The position numbers and the translations under genes are program-made. Below the pieces are notes generated by a model, which worked only from the letters and a program-made list of their open reading frames with translations, ran no database searches and was not told where the DNA came from. Shown here piece by piece: positions 1-11,195 of a stretch of 64,000 nucleotides of DNA; position 1 is the stretch's first letter; every line of letters begins with the position of its first letter. Source of the DNA: Piedraia hortae CBS 480.64 (lineage: Eukaryota); assembly GCA_010093745.1 (NCBI GenBank), contig MU005975.1, positions 186,001 to 250,000 of the forward strand, in the 5' to 3' direction.

Positions 1-239
1 CTGCTACTGTTATGAGGTGAGTCATGGAGTAAGACTGCATGCTGACAGTCTTACTGCATGTATGACCACTTCCTTACAGTCATACAATTGATGACTCTTC
101 ATACGAGGCTACGCACGGGCCTTCCAGCCCAGAATATATTCTCTGATATTCCCTCGAAGATATACTTGTATTCACTCATAAAACACATCTCTACTTTCCA
201 TCCATCGTTCTCACTCATACATACTATCTGTCTTCGTCA
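1..239. mobile_element. LTR family E, cut by the window start
   Basis: Near-identical to 45245-45484, with only a handful of differences. Both copies end ...TCA. Confidence 0.75.
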
Positions 240-310
240 GTTTTCACGTGATTACGCTAGCCCTGTTAAGCAGCTACATAGCACCGTCGGAGACACTTCT
301 CTTCCGCATC

Positions 311-410
311 CACCTCTCACCTCTTCCACCTCTCACCTCTTCCACCTCTCACCTCTTCCACCTCTCACCTCTTCCACCTCTCACCTCTTCCACCTCTCAC
401 CTCTTCCACC
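311..410. repeat. Minisatellite (CACCTCTCACCTCTTC)x6 plus a partial unit
   Basis: Six perfect 16-bp units at 311-406, followed by CACC. Confidence 0.97.
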
Positions 411-474
411 CCATACCAACTCTACACAATATTTTACTCATTCTTCAATATCACGCATTATCTCCTATCTCAGC

Positions 475-1080
475 ATGGCCAAGAGCATTACTCCCACCGG
501 GCCGGATATTGTGCCCGGCAGCTGTATCACCTTTGAGCAGCTAGACGAGGACAATCAGATGATCGTCCACCGCCACCTGGCATTGAACTCTGAGCCCGAC
601 ATGGAGTGGGTGAGGATGACCTTAGTTCCATCCAGGGAAGTCTTCGCCAAGACCCAGACGACGAAGAAGAATCCAGCGGGTAAGAAAACCCCGGCTCCCA
701 AGACCATTAGCACGGACCCATCCCGTCGCTCGAGCCGCGTCCGCAAGCCTACGATTTGGAAGACCATGGATGCCAAGCCGAAGGAACAGTCTATTTCCGC
801 CGCCAACTCGCTACCGGCAGGTGATGAAGAGTCTGCCGTCGATACTGCAGGCGAAAAACCAGTCCAGCCCAAGACGGTGACGGTGGCGGCTGATGCTACG
901 GCCAAGGCTACTCCATTGTATTCCGTGCTCACGCGCTCCAAGGCCAAAGCGCGGGCTGCCGAGGATGGCGAATCGAAATTGATTGCCAACAAAGGCGGAA
1001 TTCGCGCCGCTGCCATCGCCATGTGCCTTGAACCACACTGGACTTCTAAAACTGCCTGTGCCGGTTCCGTCATTCTATAA
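475..1080 (+). CDS. Orphan protein, 201 aa, Lys/Thr/Ala-rich
   Basis: ATG at 475 in a CAGCATGG context and an open frame to TAA at 1080. No recognisable domain. Confidence 0.5.
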   Translation: MAKSITPTGPDIVPGSCITFEQLDEDNQMIVHRHLALNSEPDMEWVRMTLVPSREVFAKTQTTKKNPAGKKTPAPKTISTDPSRRSSRVRKPTIWKTMDAKPKEQSISAANSLPAGDEESAVDTAGEKPVQPKTVTVAADATAKATPLYSVLTRSKAKARAAEDGESKLIANKGGIRAAAIAMCLEPHWTSKTACAGSVIL

Positions 1081-1962
1081 TGAGCAAGACATTACAGCAA
1101 GTCCATCTTCGCATACAAGATTGCATTGTTCACAGGATCATCAGCACAATTCAAGTTCTTCATGGCGATTTTATGCCAGGAACGGTCTTACGTGTCATTT
1201 ATATGTATACACGCTCAGTGATGTCTAAGACTACGTGGAGGACATTTCCCTAACAAGACGACGTTATTAAGAGATGTCACTCCTTAGCATAGGTAGAGCC
1301 AGTCTTCTTTCTAATACGCCATATATTCTAAACCATCCACCTGATGCGTGTAAGCTTCTTCTAATATCCTTATACCACAGTACAGTGACTGCTGTATCGC
1401 ATGCCCCGTATGCCCCAAAATTCCCTTGCCTGGATATGTTATAATTGTCGTCTTCCCTGAGTTTTCCCTCTCATTCCTGACATTCTGTGGCCGGAGGATG
1501 CCATCTCTGCTCGCGAGCTTCGCTGGCTTCATTGGCAATAGATCTTCAATAGTCTGACATGTTCTCTCATGTTGCACATGCAAAGTCCTTTGATTGTCCA
1601 GATTTCCTCACTACTCGGATTTCATTTCTGGCTGTTCTGTTTTCTTTGTGTCAGGAATAGTATGGTTTGGGAAAATGTACATGATGAGGGAAAGAAACAG
1701 ATGACTAGGTGCAAGCGACTTTTCACAACGAAGAAGAAAGGAGACTTGAAAGAAGATGTGGAACAACAGAATCTTAATATCACACGGGGAAGAGCAAGAT
1801 TTGGAGGATGAACCTACGTTTCCTTCCTGCTTCACACGCATTCCCTCTGAACTAAAGCTGCAACATAGACGAGTATCCACCTCTGCCAGAGCCTGGCATA
1901 GAGATATACGGAGATTGCTGTTACTTGATTATCTTAGTCAACTCGGTCCATAAGACTGCCAT

Positions 1963-2180
1963 TGTCAGACGTCTGCTGGAGGAGGTAGATAGGGCACCGG
2001 ACTTCCCAGGGTTTTTACCTTACGGAGTATTTTTCCCGTGGGATGTGGTCACGTGACAGGACGTCGTCACGGCGAATGCGGCTCGGGTCGTGCCAGGTTG
2101 TTGAGCAGTCTTGGCAGACAAGTCTTCTCCTCACTTTCTCTTTTCCATAGTCATGGACATCGGGAGTGAGGCATCACACA
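1963..2180. mobile_element. LTR family C (right end approximate)
   Basis: Starts TGTCAG. Homologous in inverted orientation to 57148-57254 plus 57547-57637. Carries the shared hairpin at 2004-2043. Confidence 0.6.
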
Positions 2181-2822
2181 CACTGTTGAATGCGTCAGCA
2201 TTCACCGATATCAAAATAACGTGAGTAGATCCTACCTCCATCCGATAGTCATTGAACAGATCTCGGTGTGCATGTATTTGGAAAGTTGCTTCCCCGTCGA
2301 TGTCTTCTTCTTCCGCGGATTCTTATCGTTTTCTTTCCGTACTATCCTCCGTCATAACCAAACTTGGAAAGAATCATGAAAGCGTGGCATTAGATGGCCA
2401 TTTTCATCCTCGACGACAATTTATACAGTTTTGAGAAGCTTGGCATCGGATGCGAGCATGATCTGTCCCTTTTAACTACAGAGTATGTCCTTTAAGGGTT
2501 TGCGGATTTGCTTCATGGATGTTGTGCAGTTCATCTGGATGGCTAAAGCTCTTTATGGTGCCATGATTTGGCGAAGATAGAATATTCCCACTTACAAACT
2601 ACTCTCGCGACTGAACTGAAAAACATGTAGCCACTCATCACGGCTCATGCACTTTTTTGCGGGGAGGAAACTCAATTGAAGTGCGCAGCGTATCTGAGTA
2701 ATGTTCTGATCTATCACAATTGGGTTCTTTGTTATGTCCAAGGTGGTTCGCAGGCGTGGAATACATGTAGATTCGTTAAAGGCTTAATGAAAGTGTTCTT
2801 CATGGGAATAGGGAAAATCTCT

Positions 2823-3128
2823 TGTCAAAAGGATGTAGCACCCACCATGACCAGAACCATAGATAGAAGTCGAAACTTCTCAGGGTTTTTACCTCTATAG
2901 AGGAAGTTTTCCCTGAGACGGGTCATTGTCTCGTTCATGCTTAAGGGCATGGTTCGCTGACGTTGTCCTGGCAAATGTGGTTAGACTGAGGTGGTGTGGG
3001 GGAGGTTTCGGACCTCACCTCATAGAGATAGACAATTACATTTTCACCTTTTTCAGTAAAAGTTGAGTGAAAACTTTCGTCGTTGACATCCCCTCCGCTC
3101 TAGTCCTCGGAGGCTCACCCCTCCGACA
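2823..3128. mobile_element. Solo LTR family A, copy 1
   Basis: TGTCA...CGACA ends, 306 bp. Flanks TCTCT/TCTAT form a 5-bp TSD with one mismatch. Four copies occur in the window. Confidence 0.85.
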
Positions 3129-3949
3129 TCTATGATGCTTGACAAATGGTAGTCGACATGAAAGCATTCTTTGATCATCCAACGTAACTGACCCCAATTT
3201 TGGCGTGGCCGTGGCTCTTTCTTGGCAGCGATAAGCTAAAATATGCGATCATGCACGAATGGACATGTCTGCTTCATTCTCCACGTCCTGGCGATGCTCG
3301 AGCGTTTTTGAGAGGGCTTCTAGTTGTCTTTCTCTCAGCTTCTGCTCTGGTATATCTGTCTTTTACTCACAGAGTATCCAAAGTCTTGGCAGGTAGCTTC
3401 AGTAGTGGGGAATGAGTCAGAGAAATTGTTTAAACATCTCCTCTCAACGCCGCAAGCTGATGGATTGTTTACCAGCAGGGGGCTTATCGCATATTGGTAC
3501 GACAATCCTGATCAATCAAGGAGCTTCGAGGAGATCATGACATTCAGCAGCTGGCACTCCAAGGATTTCCTGCTACCGGTGTTATGTACATAGGCACAAA
3601 CTTTGCTCATCGATTTACTCACCGTGAGAAAGTGGCATTGTGCATTTCAATGGCTCTGGAAGAGATCCATCCACGGGAAGTGGCCCTGACTTGCCATTTT
3701 ATACGTTCCATTCCTCTCTGCTTTCGTGGTCGTAGACCCCGTCATGGCTTTCTGCACCTTGCTCGGGTATGAAACATGAAATGCCGTTCGTTGCACGCAG
3801 GACACGGGCGCTTTTAGCATGACGGTGGAACTGCAGGCCAGCGCAGCAGCATAGAATCCCACTCAGGAGAATCAGAAGGCAAAAGCATCGGCGTGGGCTG
3901 TTGCAGTGACTGATGTGGTGATGGGTTGTGAACTACAAATATTTCTCGC

Positions 3950-4255
3950 TGTCGGAGGGATGAACCTCCGAGGACTGAAGGGGAGCGGATATCGACGACA
4001 AAAGCTCTCACTCAACTTTGACTGAAAAAGTGAAATTCAGATGTCTATGTCTATTTGAGGTGAGATTCGAAACCTTCCCCCCACTACCCCAGTCTAACCA
4101 CATTTGCCAGGACAACGTCAGCGAACCATGCCCTTAAGCATGAACGAGACAATGACCCGTCTCAGGGAAAACTTCCTCTATAGAGGTAAAAACCCTGAGA
4201 AGTTTCGACTTCTATCTACAGTTGTGGTCATGTTGGGTGCCACATCCTTGTGACA
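3950..4255. mobile_element. LTR family A, copy 2 (inverted relative to copy 1; no TSD)
   Basis: TGTCG...TGACA ends; reverse complement of copy 1. Flanks CTCGC/GTTAT differ. Confidence 0.85.
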
Positions 4256-4395
4256 GTTATTCACAGCTACGCTCGCTACCATGCGCAAATGGACGGCGCT
4301 TCTGGATTGGCTTATAGTAACCTAGCTTCGCAGTAGATAGGAGTTTGGATTGTCCTCGTTGTTGGGAGTTATTGAACCCTTTCCTCTGAGCACCG
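4256..4395. repeat. 140-bp dispersed repeat, copy 1
   Basis: Co-linear with 30281-30420 (GTTATTCA...GCACCG). Confidence 0.8.
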
Positions 4396-4396
4396 T

Positions 4397-4572
4397 TTTT
4401 GGATTCAAGCGTCGCCGCTAGAGCGTATGCGGGGCACTTGCAGAGCAAGTCAGCGATACCTCCTACATTATCAGCTGCACCTTAGGTATTTTCCTTCACA
4501 GAGTTATTCCATCAGGGTCATGTCATATGTAACATGGCGAATGCTCCCTGCTAGTGTACGAGGTGACCTCAC
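4397..4572. mobile_element. Partial LTR family D
   Basis: Matches the first ~175 bp of 34032-34393. Confidence 0.75.
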
Positions 4573-5079
4573 TCCTCCATCCTGCGCTCACTTCTCGCTC
4601 GCAACGCGGCTCGTCAGGCTCATACTCCGCCAATTCCATGTTTCAACACAAGTTTGATGCCATCGGTTGCATGTTGGCGTTTTTAACAATTGGCGTTGTG
4701 ATGGGCGATGGTCTTGGCAGCGACAATCACGTAATCAGCACCACAGGAGTTATTACCGTCTCAAAGCCCATCAAAAAACTGAGCATACCGTCCTGCTGCA
4801 TCCTTACTTCCGTCTCTAGCCGGCTGCATCCTTGGAACAGACCCGTCGCTGTCGCACTGGCGCACCATTAAGGCCCATGAGGCCGGAATGACGAGGATAG
4901 TGTCATGCAAGGCGGCATGGCTCCGGCAGCTCGTCGTAAGTATCTGGGCCACAGGCTGGACTTGTAAAGAGGAAGCAGACAGTATATTGTTGCGTGGAGG
5001 TCCTTGCATGATGCTTACGGGTTGCTACCACAGCCGTTAAAGACATCGATGCTAGACGGGGTCCTCGCTTGGCATCCTC

Positions 5080-5384
5080 TGTCGGAGGAGTGAAGCTCCG
5101 AGGACTAGAGCGGAGGGGATGTCAACGACAAAAGTTTTCACTCAACTTTTACTGAAAAATGTGTAATGTCGATCTCTATCTCTATGAGGTGAGGTTCAAA
5201 ATCCCCCCCACACTACCTCAGTCTAACCGCATTTGCCAGGACAACGTCAGCGAACCATGCCCTTAAGCATGAACGAGACAATGACCCGTCTCAGGGAAAA
5301 CTTCCTCTATAGAGGTAAAAACCCTGAGAAGTTTCGACTTCTATCTATGGTTCTGGTCATGGTGGGTGCTACATCCTTTTGACA
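5080..5384. mobile_element. Solo LTR family A, copy 3
   Basis: TG...CA ends with a perfect 5-bp TSD, TCCTC (5075-5079 / 5385-5389). Confidence 0.92.
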
Positions 5385-5599
5385 TCCTCCTCCTCCAGTT
5401 TGGTTGCAGTGTTTGCTGCATAATTGCCGAGCAGCTCTAGCACCTCCAACACTGCATTATTGGAGAGGGTGGAAGTATGAGTTTCACCCATCAAGCTCAC
5501 TTTGCCAACCAGGTGACCACTGCTAAGATGGCCCTGGACCTGGTGGAGTCATCTTCTTCATAGTCGCTGGACCTTCCGCCACTTCCGAGCTTTCTCCTA

Positions 5600-8000
5600 C
5601 GACATATATGAGGAGCATGCCTAGCCTGACGTGAAGATTTTAGTCAAGCTGGTAAAATAAAACACTCTAGTTCTTGCTTTGATCGGCGAAGAAAGGCATT
5701 CGATACGGTGCATCATGAGTTGGATAAGCGATGCTTGCTGTACACAGCACCCAAAGCAAGTCAGTAAGGAGCCAATGACGCCAAGGAGGTCTGCTGTTCT
5801 TGTTTCGGTGCCAAAGCGAGAAGAGGCCAAGCTCGATATTAACCTTGCCACTGACCACATTGAGCATGGCGGTCACAACACAACGTGCTTAGCCGAACCT
5901 TTGAGTTGTTCTTGAAGACATAAGCGCGGGCTATTTTCAAGCTCGAGTAGTAAGGTTGGAGAAACGCTCGTTAGGAAGATAGGGCCGGTGATTGGGTTTC
6001 TCCACCCTTCTGCTTGACTCAAGCAAAAATTGTATAATGCGTAATATGATGGCGTCGAACGCGACGCAACTCCTGACATTGCATGAAGCTTGTTGTGTTC
6101 GCCATGCTTGATCGCTTTGCCGTCGAGCTTAACCAGCTCAAAGGCAATCCTGGATTATATACGCTCGTACATAACGTCTTTGATCTCCGGAGTGCTTCCT
6201 GCCAACGTGGAACGCTGTCTGGAGTCGCACTTCAGCCATATCTCCGTACTCGTATCAGTGTTGGCGCTTGATACCGCAAGCATATAGGCACTTGCTGTTG
6301 ATTGAACGCAATAGCGCATCCGTATATCTTGCTTCCCAGTGTGAAGAAACTAGGCTGAGTCTTGATATTTTAGGTGTGTAAGACTGTTCCACAAAATGTT
6401 TACGCACTCAAAAAGATGGAAATGCTAGGAGGAATTCGAATTCACTCTTTCGCCATTGGTACATCCGTTTCGTCGGCGCTTGAGTTCTGCAGACAGCAAT
6501 CTCTTTCTATTAGGCCAGCTTCACGGCCACATATATTTGAGAGACACCGAATGAAGACTTGTGCTATCCGCATTAGTCATCCCAATTCGGTCATTGGAAT
6601 TTGCGAAGAATGTTTCCCAATCACCTCCACGCAGCCAAAAAAATTTTTTGGCTTGTCCTGCAAACGACTTCAGTTTCCGCGCCGGAGAGGAGACTGAACA
6701 TCGCTTCTAAAATATTACCTGGCATATATGGTATGAAGGCAGCAGAGAGGTAGTTTCAATGGCGCAGTGCGTCAATCGTCTTTCAAGGGAAAAACGATGG
6801 CCAATCGTGAGCGTTGGGAGGACATCTTGAACCGAACACCAGCTGAGTGTCGAAGCAAAACTTTTGAGCAAACTTGATGTGTCTCCTTTCCCTGACAAGG
6901 CCTGTCTGCCTCATACCTTAGAGATTGCAGCGTTGCCAAGTCCTGAAATCTTATTGACCAGCCCATGCATTCAACCGGGACTTTCCATTGCATCAAAAGC
7001 CCTCTCAAAATTCCAACGTGGGCTGAGCATTACTTGTAACTGTCATTCTCACTTGTGGTGACACAGAATTCTTCAAGTTTCACAGCCCCACATCCCATGA
7101 ATTGATATCTGTCAAGTAGAACGCATTTCCTCCATGTAGGAAATCGAACATCTCTCTAACCGCAAACAACCCTCAAATTAGCGCGGTAAATCAAGCGAGA
7201 TTGTTGCAAAATGCAAATCCTCCGCGAAGAGCGGTACTCATAGCGTGGACTGAGCCAGTCACACAGTCCTTAAATGTAAACGCATGGCTCCACCAGACCC
7301 AACTCGATCTCGAAAATTCTGCTCAGCATCCTCTTCCGTCCCTCCAGTGTGCTACGCGGACAATAGACTGTCACTATCCACCACCCCAAATTGATTCGAT
7401 GACCATTCTCACTTGCGCTGTGGTAGCAAAACCCTTAGCAATGGTGTCCACACGAGCGTTGCCAGAAGCAAGTCAGCAAGCCATCTCTCTGCCACCTCTC
7501 CGCCATAGAGCTGCTGCTGCTGCTCGTTAATGAGAAACAGAGACAAAATCAGACAAATTGCGGAGAAAAACTTTATCAGTGCGTGTTGTTTGTCTGTGTG
7601 GCCTGAGGCATCTTTGTGACATTGTCACTGGCTCGGGAAGTGAGCTGGACGGATATGAATCTCCCTCATTTTTGGCGAGAGTCTTGATCATTATGGACCG
7701 ACGATGGAGCGGGCATTTAGATGCTCAAATAATAATGTAGGTGTATTTGAAGTTCTTCCATCTGTCATCCTGCAAAACGGTGTTGGGTGACTTTTCCGCC
7801 TTTAGAACCCCGGCCTGCCGGCCCAGCGCAGGTTCTCGTACTCTTAGCATAATCCTTATAGTCATGGAACAATGTAAAAGCGTTGGAAAAACTTTCCAGT
7901 TTTCTAACGGGGTCGCAGTATCTGGCACTGAGATTGTTGGAATGTGCACAGCATAATGGGCCCCTTTCTATTACTCTGTGACTGTCAGAGCAGCATAGTC
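5600..8000 (-). pseudogene. Heavily decayed relic resembling a fungal patatin-like phospholipase (Starship PLP type); bounds approximate
   Basis: Multi-frame minus-strand peptides occur in the expected order: LFAVREMFDFLH; RPCQ..LLRHSAGVR..IVFPLK (cf. KPPTAGVRILSIDGGGxRGIVPL); LLPSYHICQVIF*..SVSS (cf. GLPYPxQxxFD..GTSSG); LLLELENSP (cf. FYFELxxxP). The catalytic motifs are eroded and the match was made by eye. Confidence 0.33.
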
Positions 8001-9810
8001 TGTGCAGCCAGCTATTCCTTCGTTTCAATTAGCATTGGTCCACGGGTGGGAAAAACCTTATATTTCCTAGTGTTCTCGGAATAAGGGTCAGTGAGCAGTG
8101 CTGTGGAGCCATCTCAACAATTCATAAGCTTCTTTATCGTCATTTCGAAAGATACAGTGTCTGTTCGGCTTATTGAAACATCGGTGTAGTGATTAGATGC
8201 CGCGGAACAAGCATAACTTCCAGCATCAACGTATGGGCAGCTGGAGCTTGAGGAACTTGGGAAAGCTGCGGTCTCTTGGTCAGATCGGTAATGCAGTCTT
8301 CAACCCAGATAGTGGTCCGCTTGCATGCAAAACACGTTGCCCGCCATAGACAGTGTTGTTCCGTCGGCTCACCCGCAAGAGGCTATTCCTCCCGCCCAAC
8401 TCTTAGAATTGACGGTGTGGAGGCTCCAATCATAAAGCTCACGCCCGAGCCCTCCCATCCTTCCGCCGGAGCGCCCACATGACTCCCCTCCAGTCTGAGA
8501 GCGTCCCGAAAGCTCGTTGCTGCTTTGGGCCTCGCAGCCTGAAACTCAGTTTTCTGCTCCATCTCTCTTGTGAGTCCAGCCCTGTGGCCACGAGCCTCAG
8601 CAGCCGCACGGCAAGCAATCGTCGTAGATGACCTTAACGGTGTGACGTGGTGGCGGTGGTGGTGGTGCACCAAAAGTTTTCACATCCGCGGTAATCACGT
8701 CGCACACACCGAGCCTTCGCTAAGCTGGCCATTCAAGACGTTTTAATGAGCCCTCAGCTTGCTATGGTGGATTGCTCAAAACGCACCCGTGTCCCTCTCC
8801 GCCAAAGTGCAGAAAAGTAGCTCAACAACTCTCGCCATCCCGCTCGCCTCTCAATAGCCACCAGCACACTTCACGCCGTCTGCCCGGTGGCAGAGAGAGG
8901 ATGCTCGTACTCTCGAGCGCAGGCTAAGAGCCTTCCTCCGCAGCGAACTCTGCTGACTGCTACAGCTTCTGCAATCTCTTGCCCTCTCACAGCCGACCAC
9001 GAACGACCCACCGACGATGCACGAATTAGCACTCCCTCAGCCTCCCTACTCGACCCCAGAAGAAGGGCACCGTTTGATGGTGTACTACGGCGCAAAATCT
9101 CGCGGGAAGGTGTGAAACCTCCACCAACTCCCAATCAAGCGAAGTACGCCACAACGCCACCTCAAAGAGCAGAAGGAAATCAAACTGAAAGACGCTTGCG
9201 CAGCAAGCCGTCCGCTGGAAAATTAAAGCTTCTCGCCCTCTAGAGCAGGAAACACTGCACAACTCCAAGAACCGACCCCCAAGTTAGGCACAGCACACAC
9301 TCACCACCCGATAGAAGGGCGAGGAAACGAAAATGAGAGAAGATCGATTAAACAAACTGCACGCTCAGCCGTAAAACGATGGTTCGAGCATTCCATTCCG
9401 GGAGACAAAATGGCGCATCGCCAAGACCCATGCCCAATCAAGTGAAGCACAATTAAGTGCCAGCGTCCGAACAAGGATCAAGCACAGGGAAGAGAAGTTT
9501 GACCGCACAAGTAAGCCGCATGCTCGACCCTTGAACCCTTGTGCGCCCTCTCACCGTCAGGAGATGGATATTGCTCACTGCCAAGACCCATCCCCCCAAT
9601 TGCGCAGCGCTCCTCAGCCTCAGCTAACCGACAGAAGAGACGCAGCTGAAGAAGGGTCGATCGAGCAGCGCTTCTCGGATCGTGAAATGTTACTTTGCTC
9701 CCTCCCCCCGAACTGGGCAAAACCTGCACACCGCCAAGATCAAGCTTGACATCCTTCCGAACCCATCAAACTCAATCGCCCAGCTTGGCATTTCATGACA
9801 CCGCAGCTAG

Positions 9811-10155
9811 TGTCACGCCCCGGCCGTCACGGCGCTTGGCGCAGAGTTAAGAGTCCGCCGGGCGCAAAAAGTCGCAGGGCAGTTTGAAAGTGCTTCTACA
9901 CGACGGGAAGACATAGTTTGACTCGTGGGAGGGTATAGAATAGAGCGGGAAGCTTTCTGGGCGGAAATTGAGTCCGGTTCGTGGCGCGCCAAGCAAATGG
10001 GCTGTTTGCGGAGAAGGAGAGAGTTTAGATGGAATGTAGGGGATGATTGCGCCCTACGAGCGACTAAAGGAATCAGGGATACAGCGATCTAAGACCAAGA
10101 ACTCCTACGATTCTCACGCCTACGCTTGGCGCCTATAGTACAACAACCCCCTTCC
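9811..10155 (-). mobile_element. 3' LTR (family H, 9811-10145) with adjacent polypurine tract
   Basis: The minus strand reads GGAAGGGGGT|TGTTGTAC...GTGACA: a PPT directly abutting a 335-bp TG...CA unit. Single copy in the window. Confidence 0.6.
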
Positions 10156-10514
10156 AATTGACTGGAAATTTCTACAACCAAACCAAAGAACAGCTGATAC
10201 CTGACCGCAGCCCCTATGAAACCACCCCCATTCTCGTATAGTTGACAGTGAACCTTTCTTCGGTTAAACCTCGGTATTATTATTCCCGTTGCGCGAACGT
10301 TCTGAACGAAACGATGCGTTGCATTGGAACTATAGGATAATGAAAAGAGATGAGTAGAATCTAGATGAAATAGAGAAGGATATAGAAATTGCCTAGACTC
10401 GCGCCGCGATTACAATGAAGTTTTAACAAGATGAGTGATAAAAGCGGGTCGGCTCGGGCCGGGATTTAAGCTCGAGATATGAAGATGAATTGAAGCGAGA
10501 AAGACTTGAGGATC

Positions 10515-10817
10515 TGTCGGAGGATGTGGTGAGGCAATGATGTGTGAGAAACATGTATATGTGGCTTCGTATGTGTATGTAGGTGTTTTGGTGACGTGGT
10601 GAGGTGAAGTGCGGAACTTCACCTCACGCTAAATCAGGTCTAGCGGCATTCACCAAGACCACGTCACCGTGCACGCACAAAGTATGAACGACATTGTGCC
10701 TCGTCCCAAGGAAAATTTCCTCCTATGGAGGTAAAAACCCTGAGAAGCATCGACCTCTATTTAAGCTCGCAGATGCGACCTGGCTGTATACTTTATGAAG
10801 GGTTTTACCGTCTCACA
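10515..10817. mobile_element. LTR family B, copy 1
   Basis: TGTCGG...CTCACA ends. Homologous to 28899-29200 and 57255-57546, and related to family A. Confidence 0.85.
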
Positions 10818-11195
10818 AGATGCTGTGGTTTAAAGACCTACAATTGATACAACAGCGATATGCAATGTTACATTCTGAACGAAGCTCAGCGCTGGTGGGA
10901 CTGATCTTCTGCCAACAAGTTTAACACGTACACATTAAACTGCTAAACACATTATATATTACACCTTAGAGAGCAACTGGCATCATGTACATGCCAGTAC
11001 TCCTTGCTGCCACTCTCTTTGCATTTGACGGCTTTTAGCTCCCCCCAAAACGTAAAAGCAGCCTAGACAGCGCATGCTTGTTCTTTTATTGTATGTTGAT
11101 AACATTCTTGTCATGATCAGTTCTTGTTGTTGTAAAAGTTGGTGGATCCAATGCGGTGTAGAAGCAGCGAGCTAGGCGTGGTGCCAGAATTGGGT

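Noticed and set aside
311..410. CRISPR-like or telomeric array
   Set aside because: The units are contiguous with no spacers and are not TTAGGG; this is a eukaryotic minisatellite.
58..474. N-terminal 139 aa of ORF 58-1080
   Set aside because: It is translated LTR and minisatellite sequence; the ATG at 475 is the more credible start.
2823..4255. Inverted family A copies as TIRs of a DNA transposon
   Set aside because: Each copy is a TG...CA unit, and other family A copies occur singly with their own 5-bp TSDs.
3950..5384. A2-A3 direct pair as a complete TRIM/LTR element
   Set aside because: A3 has its own perfect TSD, the outer flanks do not match, and no PBS or PPT is seen.
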